A DNA stretch of 64,000 bases from Fibrobacteria bacterium (GCA_037447435.1 JBBIGR010000011.1:45002-109001), one strand, 5' to 3'. Shown: positions 19,245-30,223, counted from the first letter of the stretch. Notes: a model not told the origin generated them from the sequence alone. Translations and numbers: made by a program.

Positions 19245-21911
19245 TTGCAATTTTGGTTGTTTCAACGGGAATTATACGCTGTGAATGTATTTGCACTCAT
19301 ATCGCTTTTTGCGTGTGCGGTTTCCATTATTCTGGCCGGAATTGTTTATTCGGAAGACAGAAAAAACCATGTAAGCAAAATATTCTTGCTTCTTTGCTGC
19401 TTTGAGATTTTCTTTTGCTTTACGGATTTTATGGTAAAACAATCTGAAAGCAAAGCAAGTCTCGTTTTCTGGGTACGGTGCGAATTTTTATGGCCTGTCA
19501 TATATGCGTCGATGCTTCACTTTGCTTTGGCCTTTACCAAAGTACCAACTGCAAATAATAAAAAGCACCTGTCGATTTTATACGGATTTTCGATTGTGAT
19601 AAGTTTTGTTTTTTTATTTGCAATAAAGGATATTGCCGTCGAAAAAGATTTTTGGGGTTTAGCCATCAAGCGAGACAGCGCATTGCCAATCCCAATGATT
19701 ATAGTTTCTGCCTATGCCGGCGGGATGGGAATTGCTGTTTCATTGATCGTGTTTATATACTATTTAAAAAACGAAGATTTACTAATAAAAAAACAGTCCT
19801 TGAATTTATGTTTGGCTTTTTTAATTCCCACGTTAACCGCTGTCGGTTCAGAAGTGGTTCCTGCAATCCTTCACTTTCATTCTCCAAGCCTTGAGACCCC
19901 TTCGTATTGTTTGGTCTCATTGATAGTCTTTTATTCGATCCGAAAACATAAATTGTTCTTTTTAAATCCCGCTTTTGCAGCGGAAAACATTATTTCAACC
20001 ATTGACGATCTGTTTGTTCTCATGAATCCCGAAAGAATTGTCGTTTCTGTCAATAAAGCCATTTGTGATCTTCTTTGCTATGAAAAGGAGGAATTAATTG
20101 GTAAACCCTTTAGCATGCTTTTCCCCGTTTCAATAAACGATAGTTCAATTGTAGGTATGGATAATCGAACTGAGAAAATAAAGGTGTTTCTCGCATACGA
20201 TATGAGGAAACGGGAAGCCCATTTCATCTCTAAAAACAACAAAATAGTTCCTGTCGCTGTTTCGTTCTCAACGCTTAAAGACAAGTATAACTCGGTTGCC
20301 GGGTATGTCTGCTTTGCAAACGACAATACCGAACGAATAAAATATGAAGAAGACCTCCGAGTTGCGAAAGAACATGCCGAAATTGCCAATAAAGCGAAAA
20401 GTGAATTTTTATCAAATATGTCGCATGAAATACGGACGCCGATGAATGCGGTTATTGGGTTTGCGGAATTATTAAATGATACCGAGTTGAATGAACGTCA
20501 AAAGGAATATCTCGACATTATCTGTAATAGTGGGGAATTGCTTGTTGCGCTTATTAACGACATTTTAGACATATCAAAAATCGAAGCCCGGCATTTAACC
20601 TTGGAAAATATTGATTTCGATTTCGAATATTTATTGGTAAGCTTAGTGAAAATCGTCAAACAAAAAGCCTCGATGACTGCTGTTGAAATAAAACTGAATT
20701 ATGGTGAAGGAGTTCCTAAAACTTTCAATGGCGATCCGACGCGAATACGCCAAGTTATTTTGAATTTGCTCAATAATGCTGTTAAATTTACGCATGCAGG
20801 AGAAATAAAAATCGACGTAGCAATATCTAATAACAATAAAAATACAACCATCGTCGAAAAAAATATACTAAACCTTGTCATATCAATCAAAGATACGGGG
20901 ATAGGAATTCCAAAAGAAAAGCAGGCTGAAATATTCGAAGCTTTTGTTCAAGCGGATGCATCAACTACTCGAAAGTATGGCGGTACTGGACTTGGACTCG
21001 GTATTGCTCGTGCGCTTATCGAATTGATGGGAGGAAACATTTCAGTACGTTCCGAAGAAGGAAAAGGCAGCGAGTTCATTGTTTTATTACCACTAACTAT
21101 CGGGCAAAATTCCACGGAAGATATAGTTCTGTCAACGGTTAATTCTTTGGCACAAAAAAATGTTGTTATTGTCGATGACAACGAAAATGCTCGACGCGTT
21201 ATTGCCGGATTTTGTGAAAAAATTAATATGCCGATAATTAAAACATTTTCTTCAGGGATCGAAGCGATTAAATGGTTCGAGGATGCAACAGAAAAAGTTG
21301 ATGTTATTTTATGCGATATTATGATGCCGAAAATGAACGGGTGGGAGTTTGCGATTCAAATCAGGAAATTGTCAGTTGGAGAAAACATCAAATTGGTAGC
21401 CTTGACATCGGACGCAATTCCGGGTGTTGCAAGCAAGTCCGAAATTTCCGGATTTGACGCGATGTTAACAAAACCGTTGCTAAGAAATAATTTTTATCAG
21501 GTATTGCAGGCTATGTTCGGCGATTTTAGAAAAGAGAAAAAACAAATTATTACAGGTCATTTAGTGCAGGAATTGATATCCCGGCACATACATGTCCTTG
21601 TTGCGGAAGATAATGAAGTTAATCAAAAACTCATGAAAATATTATTAACAGGAATGGGTTGTACTTTTGAAATGGTTTCTAACGGTCAAGAAGCGATAAA
21701 TAAAGTTAGAAAAAACGACAATTTTGATATAATACTCATGGATGTCCAAATGCCTATAATGGATGGGTTGGAAGCGACTTCAATTTTGCGAAATGCAATG
21801 CATGTAGAAATTCCTATCATTGCTTTAACAGCATATGCAATGAAAGAGGATCGTAATAAATGCATTTTATCCGGGATGAATGATTTCATCGATAAACCAA
21901 TTGATTCTTAA
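19245..21911 (+). CDS. Hybrid sensor histidine kinase (7TM-PAS-HisKA-HATPase-REC-REC), last helix apparently truncated by a stop
   Basis: NMSHEIRTPMN, NLLNNAVKFT, DTGIGI, GGTGLGL, two receivers (CDIMMP, MDVQMP). Start uncertain (TTG 19245 or GTG 19281). Confidence 0.92.
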   Translation: MQFWLFQRELYAVNVFALISLFACAVSIILAGIVYSEDRKNHVSKIFLLLCCFEIFFCFTDFMVKQSESKASLVFWVRCEFLWPVIYASMLHFALAFTKVPTANNKKHLSILYGFSIVISFVFLFAIKDIAVEKDFWGLAIKRDSALPIPMIIVSAYAGGMGIAVSLIVFIYYLKNEDLLIKKQSLNLCLAFLIPTLTAVGSEVVPAILHFHSPSLETPSYCLVSLIVFYSIRKHKLFFLNPAFAAENIISTIDDLFVLMNPERIVVSVNKAICDLLCYEKEELIGKPFSMLFPVSINDSSIVGMDNRTEKIKVFLAYDMRKREAHFISKNNKIVPVAVSFSTLKDKYNSVAGYVCFANDNTERIKYEEDLRVAKEHAEIANKAKSEFLSNMSHEIRTPMNAVIGFAELLNDTELNERQKEYLDIICNSGELLVALINDILDISKIEARHLTLENIDFDFEYLLVSLVKIVKQKASMTAVEIKLNYGEGVPKTFNGDPTRIRQVILNLLNNAVKFTHAGEIKIDVAISNNNKNTTIVEKNILNLVISIKDTGIGIPKEKQAEIFEAFVQADASTTRKYGGTGLGLGIARALIELMGGNISVRSEEGKGSEFIVLLPLTIGQNSTEDIVLSTVNSLAQKNVVIVDDNENARRVIAGFCEKINMPIIKTFSSGIEAIKWFEDATEKVDVILCDIMMPKMNGWEFAIQIRKLSVGENIKLVALTSDAIPGVASKSEISGFDAMLTKPLLRNNFYQVLQAMFGDFRKEKKQIITGHLVQELISRHIHVLVAEDNEVNQKLMKILLTGMGCTFEMVSNGQEAINKVRKNDNFDIILMDVQMPIMDGLEATSILRNAMHVEIPIIALTAYAMKEDRNKCILSGMNDFIDKPIDS

Positions 21912-21964
21912 AAGTTGAAACGAAAATTGGTTTCCTGGTCACGTCATAATCAAAAAGGGGCAAC

Positions 21965-22288
21965 ATGACTTCAAATGTAAATGCAATATTACAGAGGTTG
22001 GGTATTTCAAAGGAAATTTATTATGAGCTTTTATCCGATTTTGTTGGCCTTGCACAAGAAAAATATTTGCAATTAGAAAAAGCGGCTGAGCAAAACTTGC
22101 TTGAGGAGATTAAAAAAATAGCTCATTCAATCAAGGGTAGTGCGGCTAATTTAGGTGTTGAATTAATTGCGGAAACAGCAAAAAAAATCGAAACTGATGC
22201 TGCTACAGGTGAATGTTCAGAACGGGTAAAAGAAAATATTTCCGTCTTAGGCAGACAAATAATTTTGTGTAAAAATGAAAAACAATAA
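21965..22288 (+). CDS. Hpt phosphotransfer protein
   Basis: AHSIKGSAANLG. Confidence 0.92.
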   Translation: MTSNVNAILQRLGISKEIYYELLSDFVGLAQEKYLQLEKAAEQNLLEEIKKIAHSIKGSAANLGVELIAETAKKIETDAATGECSERVKENISVLGRQIILCKNEKQ

Positions 22289-22303
22289 ATTAAAAACTTT
22301 CCC

Positions 22304-23164
22304 ATGGATAATAAAATGAACGAGTTGGAAAAAACGCTTGGTACCATAAAAGACCTCCCCACGTTGCCGGAAGTAATCAGACAAGTGGGTACGCTTATCG
22401 AAAATGATGAAACAGATATAAAAAAAATAGCCGACGTCATTATGACAGATGCAGCGTTGTCGATGCGAATCATCAGGTTGGTCAATTCTGCATTTTACGG
22501 GCTTAGAAATCGGGTAACTTCCTTGCACCAGGCCGTAGTTGCATTGGGATTACGTTCGGTGTATAATCTTATGCTTGGTCTTTCGGTAGTAAAAATGTTT
22601 AAGAATAATGAATCGGAGTTTTTTAATCCTGTTCTTTTGTGGCAACATTCGTTCGGTTGCGCATTGGCAAGTGAAAAGCTCGCTACAATTTTGAAATATC
22701 CTTATCCTGATGAAACATTTATTGGCGGTTTGCTTCATGATATGGGCAGATTGGCTTTAGATCAATTCGCTCATGATCAATTTGCCTTAGCCTGTCAGAA
22801 TAGTAACGACAATAAAATTTCACTCATTGCAGCCGAAAAAGAAATTTTTGGTTTTGATCATGCAGAGGCTGGAGCATGGCTTTCGGAGCGTATGAATATT
22901 CCCGATTCTTTTATCAGCGTGATTCGATATCACCACAATTCATCAAACCTGCCGAAAGAAGTTGAAACATACCGTGGATTAATATCTATTACGGCATTTG
23001 CAAATCGAATTTGCTTAATGGAAAAAATCGGCACAAGCGGCGAAACAATTATGGACAATGAATCTGTAGCTTTGCCGTTCGATATATCTGATTTTGACAT
23101 CCAAATTTTGGGTAAATCTGTGCGGGAAATTATTTCTGCTACTATGAAAAAGTGGGGATACTAA
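22304..23164 (+). CDS. HDOD domain protein
   Basis: LPTLPEV, LVNSAFYG, LWQHS, GLLHDMG, DHAEAG. Confidence 0.92.
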   Translation: MDNKMNELEKTLGTIKDLPTLPEVIRQVGTLIENDETDIKKIADVIMTDAALSMRIIRLVNSAFYGLRNRVTSLHQAVVALGLRSVYNLMLGLSVVKMFKNNESEFFNPVLLWQHSFGCALASEKLATILKYPYPDETFIGGLLHDMGRLALDQFAHDQFALACQNSNDNKISLIAAEKEIFGFDHAEAGAWLSERMNIPDSFISVIRYHHNSSNLPKEVETYRGLISITAFANRICLMEKIGTSGETIMDNESVALPFDISDFDIQILGKSVREIISATMKKWGY

Positions 23165-23174
23165 AGCGGTATTG

Positions 23175-24359
23175 CTACAATAACTCTATTGTAACCATTG
23201 TTATGTCGTCACTTTGGGGTAATCCTGTTGTATAGTTTTGAATTTTATTAATTATTTCCAAGTTAAAATCTTTGGCATTTAATGATGAAATTCCTAAAAC
23301 CGCATTTTCTAATTTGATCTTGCCGAATTGTTTTCCTTGATTATTGATACATTCAATCAATCCGTCCGTATACAAAACAATTTTGTCACCAGGACGTATT
23401 GGTGCCGATTTTTGTTCGAATGGCACGTCTGGAAATAAGCCGATAAAGGTACCCGTCGTCGTCAGGTAGTCGCACTTATTTGTTTCTTTATGAAAAAGCA
23501 AGGCTGGCGGATTAGCCGCACGTACATGGGTGAATTCCATGTTCTGAGTATCAACGATTCCTAAAATGGCAGTTACAAATCGTTCCGGAGGCATATAGTG
23601 AATAAGTTCATTATTGACCCTATGAAAAATTTCCTGCGGCGAAATACCTTTGTAGATATGCCGGGAAAAAGAAAGCTTTGCCATTGCGGAAATAAGTGCT
23701 GCCGGAACTCCGTGACCCGCAACATCAACGAGCAATACTGCCGTCCTATGATCGTCAAGCGGTACAATATCATATAAATCGCCCCCAACTCGTCCAGAAG
23801 GCAAATACTGGGAATTAATGTTTACACTTTTAATTTTAAAAGTATCTTGCGGTAAAAAGGATTTTTGAACCCGGCGGGCTGTTTCCAATTCAGCGTTTAT
23901 ATTAGAAAGCGCTTCCTCAAGTTCTTCTTTGGTTGCAGCAAGTGATTCACGGGATTTTTTTAACTCATCAAGAATTTTGTGACGTTCCAAAGCATAGCTT
24001 ATTGATCTTTCAATCTGGTTCCGGTTTAATTGTCCCTTTATTAGATAATCTTGCGCTCCCTTTTGCAATAATTCCAATGCGAGTGATTCATCATCGGTAC
24101 CGGTTAGAACAATAATTGGGGTCATTTGAGATTGATTTTGAATTTTCCAAAACGTATCTATGCCCTGAGAATCGCCAAGTGACAGGTCGGCTAAAATTGC
24201 ATCAAAGGAATCGAGTTCAAGTTGTTTCAAGGCTGCAGCTAGGGTATCAACACAGGTGAGTTCGAAGGTCAATATCCTGGCGTTTTTCACTATTTCGCGA
24301 ATCAAGCGGGCATCGAGAGGATTATCTTCAACAAGAAGAATTTTTGCTGTTGTTGCCAT
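23175..24359 (-). CDS. Response regulator with SpoIIE/PP2C phosphatase domain
   Basis: LLVEDN receiver, coiled coil, VGGDLYD, DVAGHGVPAAL, YTDG, DDIT. Confidence 0.92.
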   Translation of the reverse strand: MATTAKILLVEDNPLDARLIREIVKNARILTFELTCVDTLAAALKQLELDSFDAILADLSLGDSQGIDTFWKIQNQSQMTPIIVLTGTDDESLALELLQKGAQDYLIKGQLNRNQIERSISYALERHKILDELKKSRESLAATKEELEEALSNINAELETARRVQKSFLPQDTFKIKSVNINSQYLPSGRVGGDLYDIVPLDDHRTAVLLVDVAGHGVPAALISAMAKLSFSRHIYKGISPQEIFHRVNNELIHYMPPERFVTAILGIVDTQNMEFTHVRAANPPALLFHKETNKCDYLTTTGTFIGLFPDVPFEQKSAPIRPGDKIVLYTDGLIECINNQGKQFGKIKLENAVLGISSLNAKDFNLEIINKIQNYTTGLPQSDDITMVTIELL

Positions 24360-24506
24360 AATTGGAATTATATCATTAAAAATTATTTTATCAAACAGGA
24401 AATAATTTATGAATTTATTGATATTAGAATTAACATTCGCCCCATAAATTATTTTATTTAATTCAAAAATATGTATAATAAAGCTAATTATTGTAAAGGA
24501 GAAACA

Positions 24507-26585
24507 ATGGAGCAGGATGTTTTAAAACGTGCAGCAGATTCGGTACGAATACTTTCCGCCTCAATGGTCGATAAAGCAAACTCGGGGCATCCTGGCGGTG
24601 CAATGGGCGGGGCCGATTTTGTTTCAGTTTTATTTTCCGAATTTCTGTCGCATGATCCAACTGATATGAATTGGCATAATCGCGACCGTTTTTTTCTTGA
24701 TCCTGGCCATATGTCGCCAATGTTGTATTCGGTACTGGCTCTTATGGGACATTATTCAATGGAAGATTTGAAAAACTTCAGACAATGGCAAAGTGTCACT
24801 CCCGGTCATCCTGAACGTGATATAATGCGCGGTGTCGAAAATACTTCCGGGCCTTTGGGACAAGGCCATACGATGGCACTTGGCGCAGCAATTGCCGAAC
24901 GTTTTTTTGCAGCAAGGTTTGGTGAATGGCTTTCACATAAAACATTTGCTTACATTTCCGACGGAGGGATTCAGGAGGAAGTAGCGCAAGGTGTAGGAAG
25001 AATTGCCGGGCATTTGAAATTGTCTAATTTTATTATGTTTTACGATTCAAATAGCGTGCAATTGTCAACCGAAACCAGCGCAGTTACCAGTGAAGATACG
25101 GCTATGAAATATGAATCATGGGGATGGAATGTTGTAAAAATAGATGGTAACGATATTCTGCAAATACGAAATGCATTATCGGCTGCTCTTAAAGAAACAT
25201 CTAAACCTACATTGATAATTGGCAAAACAATAATGGGGCTCGGAGCAAGGACCGAATCCGGCGAAAGTTTTGAAGGTAAGGTCGAAACTCATGGCATGCC
25301 TCTTTCAAAAGCCGGGGCATCCCTCGAAAAGACTATTGTAAACCTTGGCGGAGACCCGAAAAATCCGTTTTGTATTTTCCCCGATGTTCAAACACATTTC
25401 GAAAAAGTTAAAGAAAACGCAATTAAAAATGCAAAAGCGAAAAAAGAAAAGCAAAAAAAATGGGAAATTGAAAATCCCGAACTTGCTGCAAAATATCATT
25501 CGTTTTGGAATGAGGACTTTAGCTCTATCGATTGGACGAGCATAGAACAAAAACCGGGAATTGCTACACGAGCAGCATCTGGAAAAGTATTGTCGGTTTT
25601 TGCAAAGAAAATAGAAAATATAATTGTTTCGTCCGCAGATTTAAGCAATAGCGACAACACCGACGGGTTTTTAAAGAATTCAAGAAGCATGCTTTGTTCA
25701 GATTTTGGCGGGTGTTTTTTGCAAGCCGGTGTCGCAGAATTGACCATGGCTGGCATAATGAACGGAATTGCCTTACACGGTGGAATAGTGCCGGTATGCG
25801 GAACCTTTTTTGTCTTTTCCGATTTCATGAAGCCTGCAGTAAGGTTGGCGGCACTTATGGAACTACCGGTTAAATATGTTTGGACTCATGACTCTTTTCG
25901 GGTCGGTGAAGATGGTCCTACTCATCAACCTATCGAGCATGAAGCTCAAATTAGACTTTTGGAAAAAATGAAAAATCTTGAGGGAAAAAGGAGTATGTTG
26001 GTTTTACGACCCGCAGATTCAGCCGAAACAACAATTGCATGGAAACTGGCTTTGGAAAATCGTAAAGCACCAACAGCATTAATTCTATCCCGCCAACCAA
26101 TAAACGATTTGCAATCGGTTAGCGGACAAACGCGATTCACCGAGGCGCAACAGTCATCAAAAGGCGCGTACACGGTATTCGGACTGCATAAAAACCCAGA
26201 CTGCGTGCTTGTGGGGAATGGATCAGAAGTGAGTACGCTAATCGGAGCCGCGCAAAAATTAAGTAAGGACCGAGGTCTTAAAATAAATGTTGTATCGGTA
26301 ATTTCAGAAGGATTGTTCTCAGAACAGCCAGTAGACAAGAGAGAAGAAGTCGTTCCCTTCGGTATTCCGGTTTTCGGACTCAGTGCCGGTTTGCCGCAAA
26401 CGTTACAGGGAGTAGTCGGAATATTCGGAAAAGTTTTCGGTATGCAGCGATTTGGCGCATCCGCTCCATTTAAGGTGTTGGATGAGAAATTCGGATATTC
26501 AATTGAGGCCGTTTGTGGTGAAATTGAAAAATATTTAGGTGAGTTTAAGGTTCTTATCAAAAGAATTGGATCTTTACAAAAATAA
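24507..26585 (+). CDS. tkt: Transketolase
   Basis: NSGHPGG, TPGHPE, SGPLGQG, THDS..GEDGPTHQP; AAAGGAG RBS before ATG 24507. Confidence 0.96.
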   Translation: MEQDVLKRAADSVRILSASMVDKANSGHPGGAMGGADFVSVLFSEFLSHDPTDMNWHNRDRFFLDPGHMSPMLYSVLALMGHYSMEDLKNFRQWQSVTPGHPERDIMRGVENTSGPLGQGHTMALGAAIAERFFAARFGEWLSHKTFAYISDGGIQEEVAQGVGRIAGHLKLSNFIMFYDSNSVQLSTETSAVTSEDTAMKYESWGWNVVKIDGNDILQIRNALSAALKETSKPTLIIGKTIMGLGARTESGESFEGKVETHGMPLSKAGASLEKTIVNLGGDPKNPFCIFPDVQTHFEKVKENAIKNAKAKKEKQKKWEIENPELAAKYHSFWNEDFSSIDWTSIEQKPGIATRAASGKVLSVFAKKIENIIVSSADLSNSDNTDGFLKNSRSMLCSDFGGCFLQAGVAELTMAGIMNGIALHGGIVPVCGTFFVFSDFMKPAVRLAALMELPVKYVWTHDSFRVGEDGPTHQPIEHEAQIRLLEKMKNLEGKRSMLVLRPADSAETTIAWKLALENRKAPTALILSRQPINDLQSVSGQTRFTEAQQSSKGAYTVFGLHKNPDCVLVGNGSEVSTLIGAAQKLSKDRGLKINVVSVISEGLFSEQPVDKREEVVPFGIPVFGLSAGLPQTLQGVVGIFGKVFGMQRFGASAPFKVLDEKFGYSIEAVCGEIEKYLGEFKVLIKRIGSLQK

Positions 26586-26728
26586 AACCTTGAATACTTA
26601 AAACACCATAAATTCGGAGATTTTAAACAGGGCAGTTCCCGATGTAACCTTGGGCGCTCCCTGTTTAATAGTAGAAATAACGATCCCTTATTTCTACCAA
26701 CGGTATTCATTCGCCTGGGAGGTTTATT

Positions 26729-27256
26729 GTGAAAATCGGAATTGTAAGCGATACGCATCGCAATGTCGAATATCTCTCAGATGTAGTAGATTGGCTGATA
26801 GAGCGTCATAAAATTGCCATGCTCTATCACTTGGGTGACGATTATGACGATGTAAAATGCCTTGCTGAAAAATATATAGACATAGTTCAAGTTCCCGGAA
26901 TTTACGACGAACGATATAGCAACGGATCTTTACCTAAAAAAATTGTAGAAAATGTGCTCGGCCTCCGTATTTTATTAGTGCATGCGATGGAAAAAGATGT
27001 TTCCAAGGAGGATAAATTAATTTCGGACGTGATCCTTCACGGCCATACGCATAAGGCTGAGATTTCCCTTGAAGATAGTTTGCTTTGTTTTAATCCCGGC
27101 CATTTAAAAGCTCCTAAAGATAAAAATTTTCCTCCGTCTTTCGGGGTTCTTGACATACAAGATAACGCATTGTTTGCAAAAGTTTTTAGCCTCGATTTTA
27201 AACCGGTTTTATCCATGGAATTGCTCCGTGCTGAAAACGGATTATATAAGGCTTAA
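26729..27256 (+). CDS. YfcE-type metallophosphoesterase
   Basis: SDTH, HLGD, HGHTH, NPG. Confidence 0.85.
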   Translation: MKIGIVSDTHRNVEYLSDVVDWLIERHKIAMLYHLGDDYDDVKCLAEKYIDIVQVPGIYDERYSNGSLPKKIVENVLGLRILLVHAMEKDVSKEDKLISDVILHGHTHKAEISLEDSLLCFNPGHLKAPKDKNFPPSFGVLDIQDNALFAKVFSLDFKPVLSMELLRAENGLYKA

Positions 27257-27271
27257 AGAGAAACAAATTGC

Positions 27272-29266
27272 ATGCATGCTTCCATTCTCACTACGACAGT
27301 CGTTATTTTTGGATTATCCATTCTTGTTTTGTTGATTTGCTATAGGCTTAAAATTCCAACCATTGTCGGTTTTCTTATAACCGGCGTATTATGCGGTCCC
27401 TCAGGTTTTGGCCTAGTTAATGCGACAAATGAAGTCCAAACTTTGGCCGAAATTGGCGTTATACTGCTATTGTTCAGCATCGGTCTCGAATTCTCGTTAA
27501 ATAATTTGCTTCAAATTAAGCGGATTGTCATGGTCGGAGGAACTTTACAAGTATTATACACCATCGGAGCCGTTACCGTATTGGGCCTCGGATTTGGATG
27601 GACCGTTCCGAGATCGGTTTTTATGGGCTTTCTACTTTCTCTTTCAAGTACCGCGATAGTACTGAAATGGTTGCAAGAAAAGGCCGAAGTGGAAAGCCCG
27701 CACGGCAAAACAAGTTTGGGTATTCTAATATATCAAGATATTGTCGTGGTTCCCATGATGCTCATCTTGCCGATTTTATCGGGTAATTCCGTCCATATCG
27801 GCATGTCGATTTTAATTTTAATTGCAAAAATCATCGGCATTATTGGTTTTATGGTACTACTCATAAAATGGGTCGTCCCATTTATCATGTACAGAGTCGC
27901 AAAAACGAGAAGTCGCGAATTGTTTTTGTTTACTATAATAGTGATTTGCTTTTCCGTAGCGACATTAACATCTCAGGCCGGACTGTCTTTAGCTTTAGGG
28001 GCATTTTTGGCGGGATTAGTACTTTCGGAGTCGGAATACAGCTATCAAGCGCTCGGCAGCATATTGCCTTTCAGGGATGTCTTTACTAGCGTGTTTTTTA
28101 TTTCGATCGGAATGTTGTTTAATGTCGATTATTTTCTTCATCACCCAATGCTCGTTGTATCATTGGCTTTATTGGTATTAATAATCAAGGTCGTTATTGC
28201 ATCAATGGTTCCTGCAGTGCTTGGTTTTCCTTTGCGAACAATGATTTTAACGGGAATATCGCTGGGGCAAGTTGGTGAATTTGCCTTTATTTTATCTACT
28301 GCCGGAATAACGTACGGATTATTGAATGAAAGCACATATCAGTTATTCTTGGGAGTGTCAATCATTACAATGGCAATGACACCGTTCATCATGAGCATTG
28401 GGCCATGGCTTTCAGATGCATTACTCAAGCTTCCGTTGCCCAAACGAATTCAATCTGGTTTGTTACCTGCCGAAGTGCCTCATATTCCCGAGCAAAAACA
28501 AAAACTGACCGACCATCTAGTTATTATCGGATTTGGAATTAACGGGCAAAATGTTGCTAAGGCCGCAAAAGCCATGAATATTCCGTATGTTGTCACTGAA
28601 ATGAACCCGGAAACCGTCAGAAGGGAAAAAGCATCTGGGCAGCCGATACTGTACGGTGACGCAACACAAGAAGCTGTATTGCTTCATGTTAATATTCGCA
28701 AAGCGAGAGTTGTTGTTGTTGGTATTCCCGACCCTGTGGCCACCCGCCGGGTTATTGAGGTTGCCCGGAAATTAAATCCATCGGTTCACATCATTGCAAG
28801 GACCCGTTTCTTTCCGGAAACCGAGCAGTTATACTCTTTAGGGGCAAACGAGGTCGTGCCGGAAGAATTTGAAACGTCCGTCGAAATCTTTACGAGAGTT
28901 CTAGTAAAATATTTGATTTCTCCCGAGGTAATTGAAATGTTCGTTGCAGAAATACGTTCGGACACCTATCAAATGTTTAGAAATATTTCTAAAGAAAATT
29001 CAACTTTTTCAGATTTGAAGTTTGCTTTGCCGGATGTTGAAATAAATATGGCTTGGGTAGGTGAGAACTCGGCTCTAATCGGCAAAACACTCGCCGAAGT
29101 AAAAATTCGATCGGAATTCGGAATCACATTACTTGCCGTAAGAAGAGGAAGCGAGGTTATTTCCAATCCGGATAGTGGAGTATCGCTTTTTGCAGGAGAC
29201 ATTCTCGTAATTCTTGGAAAGCCTCAAAATATTGTTTCGTTTACCGAAGCACTAAAGGCAGATTGA
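27272..29266 (+). CDS. CPA2 cation:proton antiporter with TrkA-N/TrkA-C domains (Kef-like)
   Basis: LFSIGLE, SSTAIV, QDI, GAFLAG, QVGEF, GFGING, YGDA, C-terminal RCK_C. Confidence 0.92.
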   Translation: MHASILTTTVVIFGLSILVLLICYRLKIPTIVGFLITGVLCGPSGFGLVNATNEVQTLAEIGVILLLFSIGLEFSLNNLLQIKRIVMVGGTLQVLYTIGAVTVLGLGFGWTVPRSVFMGFLLSLSSTAIVLKWLQEKAEVESPHGKTSLGILIYQDIVVVPMMLILPILSGNSVHIGMSILILIAKIIGIIGFMVLLIKWVVPFIMYRVAKTRSRELFLFTIIVICFSVATLTSQAGLSLALGAFLAGLVLSESEYSYQALGSILPFRDVFTSVFFISIGMLFNVDYFLHHPMLVVSLALLVLIIKVVIASMVPAVLGFPLRTMILTGISLGQVGEFAFILSTAGITYGLLNESTYQLFLGVSIITMAMTPFIMSIGPWLSDALLKLPLPKRIQSGLLPAEVPHIPEQKQKLTDHLVIIGFGINGQNVAKAAKAMNIPYVVTEMNPETVRREKASGQPILYGDATQEAVLLHVNIRKARVVVVGIPDPVATRRVIEVARKLNPSVHIIARTRFFPETEQLYSLGANEVVPEEFETSVEIFTRVLVKYLISPEVIEMFVAEIRSDTYQMFRNISKENSTFSDLKFALPDVEINMAWVGENSALIGKTLAEVKIRSEFGITLLAVRRGSEVISNPDSGVSLFAGDILVILGKPQNIVSFTEALKAD

Positions 29267-29269
29267 GCG

Positions 29270-30211
29270 CTATGAACAATCCTCAAAGATTTCATCGATA
29301 ATGCTTCTGTAGGTTTCCAACGTTTTTGCACGCTGAATTTTTAATAATGTTTCTTCGCCTTTTGGAATGGAATTTGATAAATACCACCATAATTGCTTCA
29401 TTCTGCCTAGCAAAGCAACATGTCCGTTAAAATTGTCACGGCAGGTTCTTAATATTTCTTCATGGAACCGATATAATCTCTTGAAAAAATCATCAGGTTT
29501 TTCTTTAAGATTATTTTTTATCATTTCAGCAAGACACGGATTCATCGCTAAACCGCGACCTATCATAAAGCTTTGAATTGTAGGAAATTGCGACCTGATT
29601 GAATTGAAAGAATCACAATCGACAATGTCGCCATTATAAATTATCGTATGTTTTGAAAATTCAAGGCATTTTCCAAATGCTACGAGATCCGGAGTACCGG
29701 AATACATTTGTTTTGCAGTTCGTGGATGAATAGTAATATTTTCGAGAGAATATGAATTAAACATATCTAAAATAGGGTAAATTTCATCAGTTTCAATTTT
29801 CCCCAGCCTCATTTTTATTGACAATTGTCCTTTTAATAATGGTAAAACACTATCCAGCAGGGCTTTAATCATTTCAGGATATTGTAATAAACCTGCTCCA
29901 CGTTTCTTGTTTACAACCATAGGATAAGGGCAGCCAAGATTCCAATTTACTGTTTTATACCCTAATTCAAATACTTGATTAGCCAACACTAAAAATTCCT
30001 GGGGATCTTTTCCGAGGATTTGAGGAATAACAACAGGAACTTTATTGAACTTAGGTAAAATATCCGTTAAATGGGAATTTTTCACATAAGAACCTTTAAC
30101 TGTTGTTAAAAAAGGAGTTACAAAATAATCGATACCCGGAAAATAACGTGACAATGCGTTTCGAAAAACGTAATCAGTATGTCCTAAGATTGGCGCCAAA
30201 TATATATACAT
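29270..30211 (-). CDS. dus: tRNA-dihydrouridine synthase family protein
   Basis: YLAP, PQILG, NLGCP, HPRT, YNGDI, MIGRG. Confidence 0.92.
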   Translation of the reverse strand: MYIYLAPILGHTDYVFRNALSRYFPGIDYFVTPFLTTVKGSYVKNSHLTDILPKFNKVPVVIPQILGKDPQEFLVLANQVFELGYKTVNWNLGCPYPMVVNKKRGAGLLQYPEMIKALLDSVLPLLKGQLSIKMRLGKIETDEIYPILDMFNSYSLENITIHPRTAKQMYSGTPDLVAFGKCLEFSKHTIIYNGDIVDCDSFNSIRSQFPTIQSFMIGRGLAMNPCLAEMIKNNLKEKPDDFFKRLYRFHEEILRTCRDNFNGHVALLGRMKQLWWYLSNSIPKGEETLLKIQRAKTLETYRSIIDEIFEDCS

Positions 30212-30223
30212 ATTATTAAAATA

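Noticed and set aside
26626..26667. AAACAGGG...CCCTGTTT hairpin after tkt
   Set aside because: Most simply an ordinary terminator or stabilising stem; no riboswitch motifs recognised.
25946..26758. Long antisense ORFs (also 1841..2563, 43018..43521, 49437..49934)
   Set aside because: Shadows of well-supported genes on the opposite strand, with no recognisable motifs.
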